Positions 1 through 10,834 of a stretch of DNA of 64,000 nucleotides are shown here, one piece after another (positions within the stretch are counted from its first letter, which is position 1; each line of letters begins with the position of its first letter). The notes below the pieces were generated by a model. It searched no databases. It had not been told where the DNA came from and saw only the letters and a list, made by a program, of their open reading frames with translations. A program made the position numbers and the translations under genes. This DNA is from Balanoglossus misakiensis. Taxonomy: Eukaryota; Animalia; Hemichordata. The stretch covers positions 16,871,903 to 16,935,902 of the forward strand of contig CM082577.2 of NCBI GenBank assembly GCA_040954595.2, read 5' to 3'.

Positions 1-610
1 TAAAAAGTCAGCAGGTGATCTAGAAATATATTGTGATGCTCTCTATGAACTGGATGTGAAAAATCAAAAGTAATAACTACAATCAATGAGTACTAATGGC
101 TGTGATGTTTTGGTCGAGGTGGCTTGGAATTTGATCGTGCGATGTCACAGATGTCTGTGACGGCCTGTCGGAGGTGTTCATTGTGCGGGTTTGCATATGT
201 TGTAGGAGCAATTTTGACTGGCATGGATAGATTCTGTACATGTCTGTGCTTCCGTTACATTCTATGATGAGCGTCATGGTGCTTGTTTTTTTTTTTGCAG
301 AAGGTGCATCTGGCGAAGTATGAGCATGTTGTTCGTCGAGAGGGAGGTTAGGGATAAGGGTTAGGGTAAGCGACATACCCGGTACAGAGACATTCAATAT
401 GAGGTGCTGTCATATTTTATTTATCATACATGTTTGTGTCAATTACATTTCAACAATTAATACGTTTGTGAAGAATCAGAGGAAATCTCAATGACATCGC
501 TGTTGTTTTCATCACTGCTATCATGTAAGTATATTGGTCGTGGTGGTCGGCTTCTTCTAGAGTTAGTGGTTGCGTCCTTGTCTTCTGATTCGCTTGTGAT
601 GTGAGCGTAC

Positions 611-802
611 TGTTGTGAAAGCCGATTTGCTCACCTTAGGTTATAATAAAGGATACTGAAGTTGTAGTTGGGTTGGTAATTTCGCTAGGAGGTCAGTAGA
701 AGCGTGTTGCTCGTTGCTGCTCTCAAAGTAGAAGGGTCGAACTATTTCCGCCCAGGGGGTGAGTGGGGTCGGTGACGTCATCACGGATGTAGATTCACAA
801 CA
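611..802 (-). repeat. 3' LTR
   Basis: 192 bp with TG...CA ends and a 9-bp terminal inverted repeat. It differs from 10643-10834 at 3 positions by eye. Confidence 0.97.
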
Positions 803-814
803 CTCTTCTCTACC
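803..814 (-). promoter_or_regulatory. Polypurine tract
   Basis: Minus strand GGTAGAGAAGAG directly abuts the 3' LTR. Confidence 0.8.
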
Positions 815-1174
815 ATATTTTTGAAGGGCGTCGTCTTCTTCCCCCAAAACACCGGGGGATAACACAACATTGAACACAACAATAACAAAAATCGAAAAAT
901 AGAAGGTCCAGCTGGGCTTTACTAGGTATGCTCCACTGGTCGGCCGGTTCGTTTCTTTTGTTCCCCTTTTAGATAAAAATTCCCTCCAGCTGGGCGTTAC
1001 AACATATGCCCCACTGGTCCATTTGCTGGATTTTTTCCTTTTGTTGAATATCAATTCCCTCCAGATACAAATTTCCCAGGTGGTTCCCGTCCTTCCCCTA
1101 TATTTGGCCTTTCTGGTAAAACCCCTGGTACCCCCATCCCAAACAGTAGGTTCCCAAAATCCTCTTTCCTTCCT

Positions 1175-3629
1175 TTAAAACAGGAATAGGCGACTGGTGT
1201 TGTTGGCGGCGGCCTCCAGCAACTCTTCTGCCGCAACCCCTCGCACCTGGGCTGCTTCCCGAGCCACCTCACCCAGAAAAACAGGGGAGTTGAATCGCTG
1301 ACTCCCCCGCAGGGCTAGATGTGGGGCGTCCGTCTCCAACAGGATTCGGTCCTCGTGAACTTCCCTCAGCGCTTGGGCTTGGGCTTGTCGAAGCAGGCCA
1401 CGCTGGCAGAAAAGCTGAAATAGCAGTTCTGGAATGCCTGGGTCCATCTATTTAGGGTGCGTCTGTCCCCCCCCCCCCCCTGAAGGTGTGCAGCTGGATT
1501 GGTTGGGTTGAAGGGCAGGTTTCAGACACCAACATCAGGGCCAGGGCATGTACGTCACTGGCGTGTGGATCTCTCCTCGCGCCTCTGATGTGAAGCACGA
1601 TTAGTTTGTCTTCGGGTGCCACTTCCAACAGGCGTTGGAGGGCTTCCTCCTGCTGACCCCATTTCTGGACTGGTGCGGTCCTGTCCAGGCCTATCTCGCC
1701 CATGGCCGCTACCAGGGGGTGGGTTACTAGTCCCTTAATCCGCTGCAACAGCTCCTCTGTCATTTTCTTGGCCTTTTTGGGGTGAAGCCCAACCGCAACT
1801 TTCCACCCCGGCTCCCTTAGCAGGATCTTTGGATATTCTTCGGGGTCGCAATAAATCTCCACACCCCCCACCACTTCCACTGGCACTTCCGGCTCTCGCC
1901 CTGGCGACAATTGCAACAGTTCACGGGAAGTGGTGGCTCCTTCACTTTGGGGAGCCTTGGCTCTCATGCGGTCCGGGTGAAAATGAGCGTCTATAGCCTG
2001 GGGTAATCCCCCGGCTGGTGACGCCACACAGGGTCGGCTAACGTCTGGGCTTCCGGCGCTTGCTTGGGGCAGTTTCCCTCTGGGCCACTTCTTGATAGTC
2101 TCCTGTTCCTCCGGCGACAGGTCCCCAAGGAGCGTGAGAAGAATCCTCCAGTGAATCAGCACCGCTGGTGTGTTGGGCGGTGACAACCGTATCTTTTGGG
2201 GTACTTCCCATCCCATTCGGTGGCACACTCGTCTCATAATTTCTTCACCTTCCGGGAGAATTTTGGCTGTCGTCGGAAAACGTCCGAGGCCATGCGTCAA
2301 GAAGTAGTGGAAAAGGGCGACGATGGGCTGTTCCATCCCCACAAGAAGCTGGGTCAAGCCCCCTAGTAAGCCGACGCTTGCGTCTGGATCGGCTTTGCGA
2401 ATCTCTCCCCACATGTAGGATGGTAAGTGGCGCTTGTATACGTGCTCCTTCAGCCACTTGGAAGAATGTCCGCAATCCGGTATGGGGCAAGATGATTTCC
2501 CTGGAATCGGACAGTAGGATGTTTTCCCGCGGGGCTGTGGTCGTGGTGCCGCTGGGGCTTCCGCTGCTGGAGGCTCTCCCACTGTCCCCGAGAGGCCAGG
2601 TGGCCTCTCTGGGCTTGCTTTCTTGGGTGGCCTCCAAGGCTCATTCTCTGATGGCCTTTTCTCCGGTCTCTCCACCGATGCCGACACTCGGGAGCGGGAG
2701 CTTGCGGATCTCCAGCGCCGACTCGAACTGTTTTTCCCTTTCTTGCGCTTGGTGGTGGCTGTCGTGGACTCAGGGTGGCTCGGGCTTGGTGTATACCCCG
2801 CCGGTCTTAAGATTAACCGTCTGGGCGGTTCTTCCGTTTCTTCCGTTTCTTCCATCGCTTCGGCAGCCTTCGGATGCCCCGGCTCAGCACCTGGGCTTTC
2901 CGTAGTCTGCCGGAACTCGCTGCAGGTGATGGTACGGATGATGAGCCTTCGTGCCCCGACACTGAAATTCACGCCGAGCTCGTATGGCGATATGGGCATC
3001 TCCTCCACCTCACTCTCTTCCGACCGGCTCACGACCATGGAGACTTCTCTCCTATAAGGACTGGAGTCCCCTCACCGCTCAGTTGGGCCCTGTCCCCGCT
3101 CCAGAGAACCTGGGGAAACCCCTGGTCCCGCAGAGCTGGGCGGTGGACCCGATGAGCTGGGCGCACTCCACCCTCCGGATGCGACTTCCTGGGTTCCGCT
3201 GCCGGTTTCCAGGGTGCGTCGGACGGGTAAGTCTGGTTGCGTCAGTAAGCGGATGTCCCTACACATACCCCGCTCGGAATATTCCTCCGGCATCGCCATC
3301 GCCTTCTTGGGGCGTGGGGGCTGGTGGTCCTTCGCTGGGTTAATGTGCGGCATATTCTGGACGATCCAGGGGATTGGGAACATAACGTCCGCTTCCCGTT
3401 GGATAGTAAACACCCACCCCCAGTTCCCCTTGGATTTGGCTACCGCATATTGGTCTAGGAGTGCCTCTTGGGCTTCTCGCTTGGGGGCCATCATGATGCC
3501 GTGGATGACCTCTCTGGGGCTTAGAAGGCGGCGTGCCTGAGTGGCACTCCGGACATCCTCAATGGTTAGCTTGGGCATGGGTCTTGGCATATTGAATGGG
3601 GCTGGGTCTGTGGACATAAAGAAGAACAT
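1175..3629 (-). pseudogene. Retrotransposon ORF3: unknown N-terminal region, basic/Pro-rich linker, C2H2-like finger and TatD-family nuclease
   Basis: ORFs 3072-3722 and 1452-3038 are in the same frame, separated by one TGA (3072-3074). TatD motifs IDAHFH, AVGLHP, MGEIGLD, VLHIR, QLHTF, CYFSFS, RILLETDAP and NTSRLF occur in order, across frameshifts at the C14 run (1467-1480) and near 1385. CPIPDC-x9-H-x4-H lies at about 2428-2490. Confidence 0.88.
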
Positions 3630-3630
3630 G

Positions 3631-6600
3631 TTAGGCTTGTTGAGTGCACTGGGGGCAGAAATAGTCCCCCGTGCTTCCCTTTCCTGACTGAATTCCCACA
3701 CAGGACATATGGAACCAGTCAAAACACTTGTCGCATTGGATCATTGGGCTGCCATCGTTCGGTCCCCGACAAATGCAGTACTGGTCATTCCCTGGGCTTT
3801 CGGTTTCCCCCGTGTCGTTGGCTATGTTTGCCTGGTGCCTAACGATCCACTGGGGTAAGACCCGATCCCTACATAGTTTGATCCTGTCATGGTGCACAGT
3901 CATCTCTGCCCTTTTCAACCTCACTTTGTACAGGTATGGGGAGAATTTCCCAATGATCACGGCTGGGCCCTTCCAGGGGGGACTGAGCTTGCGACATTTC
4001 CACTTTTGTTGTGGCGGTATCTAAAATGTATACACAATCCCCCACCCCATAAGCTTTGGTGTGTGTTTTCAAATCATAGTCCCTTTTCATTCCTTCCTGG
4101 GTGGCCCTTAAGGTATTACGGGCGCTTTCATGGGCCGTGCTGATTGCTCTCTCCAATTCCCTAACATACCCCTCGGCCCTTTCCCCTTCATTGGAAAACT
4201 TGTCAGTGCTGTCTCTCCCCTGCCCTGTGGTCACCCCAAACACCAGATCTGCTGGCAAGTTAAGTTCCCTTCCCAACATTAAATGGTTTGGCGTGTATCC
4301 TGTGCTACGATTCACTGATGCGCGCATTGCCCCTGCTATCTGGGGTAGGTGTACATCCCACTCGCGCTGATTTCCGATGAAGCAACGCACTGCGTCCATG
4401 AGCGTACGGTTATTTCTTTCCGCCTGGCCATTCGCGGACGGTCTATAGGGGGTCGTTTTGCATTTGTGAATACGCAACAGCTCGCAAATCGCTACGAAAA
4501 GTTGGCTTTCGAAATTACGCCCCTGGTCGGTAAAGATCTCGAAAGGGTACCCGAAGCGCGCAAAGAATTCATTCACTGCTGCTTGGGCGGTGACCTCCGC
4601 CGTTTGTGACGGTAGTGGGATACACTCCACCCATTTTGAGAACTGATCGACCATCATCAGGATGTATTCGTTCCCCCCTTGTGTCTTGGGGAGGGGCCCG
4701 AGAAAGTCCAGATGGACTCGCTCCATGGGAGAACCTGCATGGAAACTTTTCATTTCTGCCCTGCCATACCGGTGGGTTTTCTTATTCTGACTACACTCTG
4801 AGCATGTGGCCACAAAATCCTTCACTTCCTCCTGCATTTTGTACCAGACGTATTTCTGTCTTATTCTGGACAAGGTCCGTTGGACACCTTGATGTCGGGC
4901 AGAGGGGATAGTGTGATTTAAGTCTATGACCACCTCTTTCATGTCTCGGGGGACCACAAATAATTTGTGGCCTGAGTCAATTTCCTCCCTCCATAGGACT
5001 CCATCAATCCACACAGAACAATTCCCGGTTCACCCAATAATTCTTGGCGGCTGGGCTTGATAGCATAAGTTTCCCTTCTAGGGGTTCTTTCCCTGTCTCT
5101 ACCCAATGTAATAAATTGCTAAGGTCTGGGTCTTTTTGTTGCATTTCCCGGAATTCGGCCATGCTTATCCCGACGATAGCGGTGCCCTCCTGCTTTTCAC
5201 TAGCACACGTTACTACATATGCTTTGGGCTTCCCCTGTTCTCTATCCCAACTCTGTTCAATATCAATGTGGGATTGAGGGGCTTCCAACCAATTTCCCTC
5301 ATGCACATTTTGGCCCTCGGATGACTCGCCTGGGTCCCAGGGCCAGGGTGGACAGTCACACCCCTGGGGAATTGGTGCGTCCCGGCCTGGGGATAAGGCT
5401 TCCCTCGGCGGAGGTTCTGCCCCTGGTGTGTCGCTGACCGTCTCCCCCTGCCCTATTGCCCTAGCTAAGGGGACCACATCGTCTACCTCATCGATGAAAA
5501 CACTCCATCTCAAGTGGGCCTTCTCACAGTAGCTACAACCCCCACAAGGAAGGTCTTGGGGGCTTATCCCATGGCTGAAATTGGAACATTGCTTGGGGTC
5601 TTGCACCCGTGAGAGTGCGTCGGCGTTTACATGTTTCTTCCCCGGGCGGTGCTCTACCTTCATGTCATATTGACTCAGCTCTTCAAGCCAACGAGCTAAC
5701 TGTCCCTGGGGTTCCTTGAAACTAAGCAGCCAAGTCAAACTGCTGTGGTCTGTTCTTAGTAGGAAACGCTTCCCTACCAAATAATGGCGATACTGCCGGG
5801 TAAACCTAATTACGGCCAACAGCTCTTGTCTAGTAGTGCAATACCAGCGCTGTTCAGGGGTCATGCTCACGCTGCCATACGCCACTACCCGTTCCCTACC
5901 ATCCTGCACCTGAATTAATTCTGCCCCAAGCGCATGATTTGACGCATCGGTATCTTATATGAATGGGTCTTCGTCGTTGGGCAAGGTCAGTACTGGTGGC
6001 GACATTAGCGCGGTCTTAATTTCTTCGAATGCGCGTTGCTGTTCGGGTCCCCATGCGTATGCCTGTTTCCCTGTGATTGCGTATAGGGGGGCGGCCATTT
6101 CTGCAAATCCCTTAATGAACGAACGATGGTAATTTGCAAGCCCTCCAGTTCGATGGAATTTTGCTTTACCCTGCGCCCAAGGAAAGTCACTTCAGTGCAG
6201 ATCAATTCGCATTTCCTTGGTTTTAACTTGAGCTGATAGTCACGCATGCGCTGGAAAACACCGCGCAAGTTCTGTAGATGGTGGTCAAAATCGGTCCCTA
6301 GTACCATAATGTCGTCCAAAAATGCGAGGACGACATCCCAGGTCAAACCCCGCAACACTAAATTCATTACCAGTGAGTAAGTGGCTGGGGCATTGCACAA
6401 CCCGAAGGGCATTCTAGTAAACTCGAAGAGCCCGTACTTGGTGACAAATGCAGTTTTCTTACAATCGGCGGGATCAACCCTCACCTGCCAATAGGCGGAG
6501 TTTGCGTCTAGTTTGGAGAACCAACGGTTTCCGGACAGCGTGTCCATGCAGTCTTCGATTAACGGAAGAGGGAACACGTCCTTAACCGTTTGGTTATTGA

Positions 6601-8059
6601 ACGCGCGATAGTCTACGCACCAACACACGCTGCCGTCGCGCTTGCGGACTAGAACAGGGGCAGATGCCCATTCCGATACGGAGGGCCGAATGACCTTTGC
6701 ATCAAACATTTTCTTCAAATGCGTTTCTTCCTCGCCTGCGAAACAACGCGGGGTGCGTCGCATCTTTTGTTTGACGGGTCTCGCGTCCCCAGTGTCAATG
6801 CGATGGCTAAGGGCGGTAAAGTTCCCAAGATCAAACTCATTGGCTGCAAACACGTCCTGGTAATCATTCAACAGCTCTTTAAGTTTGCCTGTCTCCCCCG
6901 AACTTAGATTTGTACATGATTTTTGGAACAAATCCTCTAAATGGCTGGGTACGTCTGGCTTGTCAGTTTCCCTTTTCCCCAGTGAGGCCTCAACTTTCTG
7001 GACAGTGATTTCTTCCGTTGTCCCAGGGGGCCCCACTCCCTCGACTTCTGATGCTGTTGCCACCAGCTTTCCCTTGCTAAGGGTGACTGATCTATCCGAT
7101 GGGTTAACTAAGCAAACTTTGGGCAACCGTCCCCCACTATTGACTGTCCTTGGCACTATCACCCGTAAATTCCCCACTGGCTCGATGATATACTCGGACA
7201 AAGGGCAATCCATCCCACAACGTACCCTTACTACTGAATTTGGGGGAATTCTAGTCCGTTTGGGCAACGTGACCTTTGCCACTTTCTTTTTTGTCCCTTC
7301 CCGACCATATGTCATGTGTACACTTTCACCCCCAAACCGCAACTGATTTCTTCGCATATCTAGGATCGCTCTCCTTGACCGCATAAAGTCTGCCCCTAGC
7401 AACATGTCGTCCCCTATCGGCGCTACATACACATCCTCTGTGAATTTGGTCCTTCCCAACTTCAGGCGCAAGGGACCTACTTTATGGGCTTTCATTTCCA
7501 TTTCCCGCCCTGCAGTTTGCATGATGGTGGTTTTGAGTACTGGGGGGCGGTTCCCAAGACGGCTATAGAGACGGTCTGAAATGATGGTGACTTCTGCTGC
7601 CGTGTCTACTACTGCCTGTACTTTAATCCCTTCGACTAAAATAGGTACACTATACATAGACCCTGACACTAACTGACATATGGTTATGGGCTGGGTGTCT
7701 TCACCGCTGGAGGTCTCGTTTGCTGTGGATTCATCAGTGTCCGAATTCGGGGAATCATACTCCTGTTCGTCCAAAGACTCCCCTGACGAGTTGTACTGTT
7801 CGTCGGTTCGAGTCTCCCTAGGGTGTAGATAGAACCCGTGCTCTTGCGATGTATCGTCAGCGTGGGTATCTAAAGTGGCCTGACACACTGACCCCCCTTC
7901 TTGGACTTTGGCACCACCCTTGGTGTCAGTGTGTGCTGTCACCCTGCCAATTTCATTTCCTCCCCCCTTTACTTTGGGACCATTTCCCTTGAGTATTGGG
8001 CCCTTTTGTGGCTTTTGGGTCAAACTTAGGCCCTCTGGTCTGACCCTTTCCCATTTAAA
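3631..8059 (-). pseudogene. pol: Pol polyprotein: aspartic protease, RT, RNase H, integrase and C-terminal PHD finger
   Basis: Protease VVDTAAEVTI; RT KLDANSAYWQ, RMPFGLCNAP and FLDD; RNase H DTDAS...TRQELLAV...RTDHSSL; integrase HHCC and HLDFLGP, FTDQGRNFES, NGQAERNNRT. Interrupted by a deletion/frameshift near 6140, a stop near 5956 and frameshifts near 5010 and 3990. Confidence 0.95.
7998..8059 (-). promoter_or_regulatory. Programmed -1 ribosomal frameshift signal (slippery heptamer plus pseudoknot)
   Basis: T TTA AAT in the gag frame at 8059-8053 slips into the pol frame (FKW). It is followed by a 6-nt spacer and the stem GGGTCAGAC/GTTTGACCC. Loop GGGCC is complementary to a downstream GGCCC. 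Confidence 0.8.
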
Positions 8060-10064
8060 TGCTCGGCGAATGTTACCCGCTTCTCCCTGGAATCTGAGGT
8101 TACTCTTTCCCTTCCCTTGGGGCATTCCCTATGTAAGTGTCCAGATTCCCCACAGTTAAAGCATTCCCGTCCCCTTTGGGAGGGTGACCGAGACCGGCCT
8201 GCCTCGCGTGGGGATAGGGCAACCACTGTCTTCCTCAAACTCTCTAAAGTTTTGACTACTTCAGTCATTTGTTCTCTAAGGGTATTTATCTCGCGACTGG
8301 GACTCTGGCTCGGGTTACGTGGGGTTCGAAACCTCCCCCGCGAGCCTGTTCTGCCGTCGGTGGGTGATAAAGCCTGATCTCTGGGGGGTCGCTCCCGAGC
8401 GGCTGATCGCACGCGTACAAATTCGCCGTCACTATCTGTCTCAGATGTTACTCGTTTTACTTCCCGACGCGAGATTCGGCGGCCGAAGATTTCGCGATTG
8501 TTATATTGAAACCAACGTATTTGGTCTATGGCTTCTTCCATGGAGGATACGCGTTGGTTAGCAACTGAAAGCCCTGCCTCGCGATCGGAGCATCCCTGAC
8601 AAAACTTCTTTATCGCCTGACGGTCCATAGCGCGCTCCGTCAGTTCAGGGAAAGCGTTTGCCGCGAGGGACAGGAGTCGATCGGCCCATTTTTCGAGTGA
8701 CTCCCCTTCTTTCTGATGGGACTGCTGAAATCTCATTTGCGCGGTTTCTTGTAGTTCTTGGTGCCCGAAACGCTTTTCAAGCTTACTGATCAGCCGCTGG
8801 TAGCTGATATTTTGCTCGCGCCTGAGTAGTGTCGAGTGAAATTCACTGGCGTCGCTGTCTAAGCAAAAACACAAGCAACATTTGCGTTCGCTCTCTGTCC
8901 AACCCTGGGCATCCGCGTAACTGGTGAATTTATCGAAAAACACGCCCACTTTCTCTCCCCAGTGCAAACTAACGTTTTGTAACGTATTAAACATCCTAGA
9001 GCCGAAGGCGGGCCCTTCCCTGCCCCACCTTGCCTCATGAACGAAGATTCACCATAAGGGTGGCTTGGCTGCACATTCCCATACGTCGGAGTCCAGGTGA
9101 CATTGGATGGGGCGTATGGGCTAGGACTGCTTCCCGCTTGAGAGGGTGGGCCATAGTACGTGGGATAGGGGATCCCCGGTACTGGAGGGGCGCCACCACG
9201 GTTTTCGGTGGGAAATCGCCAATCCCCGCGTTCGTAAGGGCTGGCTGCTGGGAGCGGTGTGGACCCCATCGGATATGGTGGCGGTGGGGTAAAATACCTT
9301 GGGAAGTTGTCTGGTGGATACGGTGGAGACACCCCAACCTGGTTCCCTGGGTAACGGCTTTGCTCTGTTGTGTGAAAATTATCCCTGTCTCGGGGTGCCC
9401 CATAATTTGGTGTTTGACCCCTGGGAATTATTGGTTCATGTTCTCCCCCTTCCCCTTCATTCGGGTCTGACCCTTCATGGCCATTATGTGAAAAACGGAC
9501 CCTACGCTGCAAAGCACTTCTGGGTTGGGTTCCAGGACCCCCCTCCCCATCACTGGCTCTACTTGATCCCCTGTGGTACTCACTTGCTGTGGAAGGGTAA
9601 CCCCCACTATCCAATTCTTGACGTTAGCCAATTTTCTCCCTTCCCTCGGGAAATGGGGTTGTCCTGGGCCTTGTACTATTCCCCCTTCCATACTCCAGTG
9701 ATAACTGATCAATTTTGCTAGCCAGCTCTGAAAGTGGGATTTCCGGTGGCCCCTGGAATTTCCCTGTTTTGCGTGCATTTCTGCGGGACGGTGTCTGCTG
9801 GTCCTCCTCACTACTGCTGCTGTAGGTATTTGAGTGGGTCAGGGCTGGAGGAAACTCAGCTTCCCTGATTTCATAGGACACCAATTCGTGAAAGTCTAGT
9901 GTGGGCCTGAAACAGGGGATTTCCCCTAGGATTTCTTTTGAGACCCTCCCGTATCTACTTCTGGCTCTCAAAATTGCCTTTGCCACTTTTTTTCCTACCC
10001 CTGGCAAGGTCTTAAGGGTCATGAAGTCACACGTATTAATATAGACTGGACCCTTGCAGGCCAT
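8026..10064 (-). pseudogene. gag: Gag: N-terminal helix-hairpin-helix, Pro-rich linker, capsid-like domain and CCHC knuckle
   Basis: ORFs 9624-10094 and 8859-9614 are in frame across one TAA, then frameshift near 8945 into 8026-8994. Knuckle CFNCGESGHLHREC; HhH motif INTCDFMTLKTLPGVGKKVAKAILRAR. Confidence 0.88.
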
Positions 10065-10628
10065 CGTGACGTGGTCTATTGGCCCTTTAAACAATCTAAT
10101 AACTAATTACCCACTCCCTTACACTCTACACAACACGTAGGATTTACACGAGTGAAGTCTTTTATTAACAAGAATAATCCTAACACACAAAAGCTCACTC
10201 CCACACAAAAGAAACTCGAATGCTTGCTAAAGAAAAGTTCTGCGCATGCGCCGAACGCCGCACTCCAAACACGTTTTTCGTAATGATGACCCCTCTAGCA
10301 ATAGAAATGGGCCCTATGTGCCAAGATGGCGGCCGAATTTCCGCCCACGCTGTTTTGGGAAAAAACGCAGAAAATTGGTTACAACTGCCTCCCAAACCCC
10401 GGTACCTACCCAGCACCGACTCTAAACTTTCCTCAAAAAATCCCCGCGGTCCCCGAGAGTTTGCCCAGTGTCCTTCTGCCCCGGCTATCCCCGATTTCCC
10501 GTTTTTTCCTAGCCCAGAAAAAAACCCACGTCTCACCCGGACGCAATCGCTGAATTCCGGCCACAGAAACACCACTCTCCCCCGCTTATCAAAGAAAACC
10601 CGTTTCCCCGCACAAAGTAGGAACACAG

Positions 10629-10641
10629 GCTCGCAGCGCCA
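10629..10641 (-). promoter_or_regulatory. Primer binding site, tRNA-Ser-like
   Basis: TGGCGCTGCGAGC starts 1 nt after the 5' LTR. It is complementary to a tRNA 3' end ...GCUCGCAGCG-CCA. The Ser assignment is from recalled tRNA acceptor stems and was not checked. Confidence 0.75.
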
Positions 10642-10642
10642 A

Positions 10643-10834
10643 TGTTGTGAAAGCTGATTTGCTCACCTTAGGTTATAATAAAGGATACTGAAGTTGTAGT
10701 TGGGTTGGTAATTTCGCTAGGAGGTCAGTAGAAGCGTGTTGCTCGTTGCTGCTCTCAAAGTAGAAGGGTCGAACTATTTCCGCCCAAGGGGTGAGTGGGG
10801 TCAGTGACGTCATCACGGATGTAGATTCACAACA
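10643..10834 (-). repeat. 5' LTR
   Basis: 192-bp copy of 611-802. It contains a TGACGTCA (CRE) palindrome, a GGGCGG box and a splice-donor-like AAG/GTGAGC. Confidence 0.97.

Larger units (their letters stand above)
611..10834 (-). mobile_element. Full-length Ty3/Gypsy LTR retrotransposon with an extra third ORF; this copy is mutated
   Basis: Two 192-bp direct repeats, TGTTGTGAA...TTCACAACA, flanked by GTAC on both sides (607-610 and 10835-10838). Internal order on the minus strand is gag, protease, RT, RNase H, integrase. Confidence 0.97.

Noticed and set aside
1-610. Sequence flanking the element, continuing at 10839-11400, with minus-strand coding-like bias and a shared GGGTAAGCGACA
   Set aside because: Possibly an old element that was the insertion target, but it has no long frame or identifiable domain.
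641-1054. 137-aa ORF and the similar 71-aa ORF at 10673-10888
   Set aside because: The shared peptide is just the LTR translated twice; there is no protein signature.
7040-7290. Beta-rich spacer between protease and RT resembling a dUTPase-like fold
   Set aside because: No dUTPase catalytic motifs are visible, so it cannot be supported without a profile search.
2378-10657. Many plus-strand ORFs inside the retrotransposon
   Set aside because: Antisense shadows of GC-rich coding sequence with no recognisable motifs.
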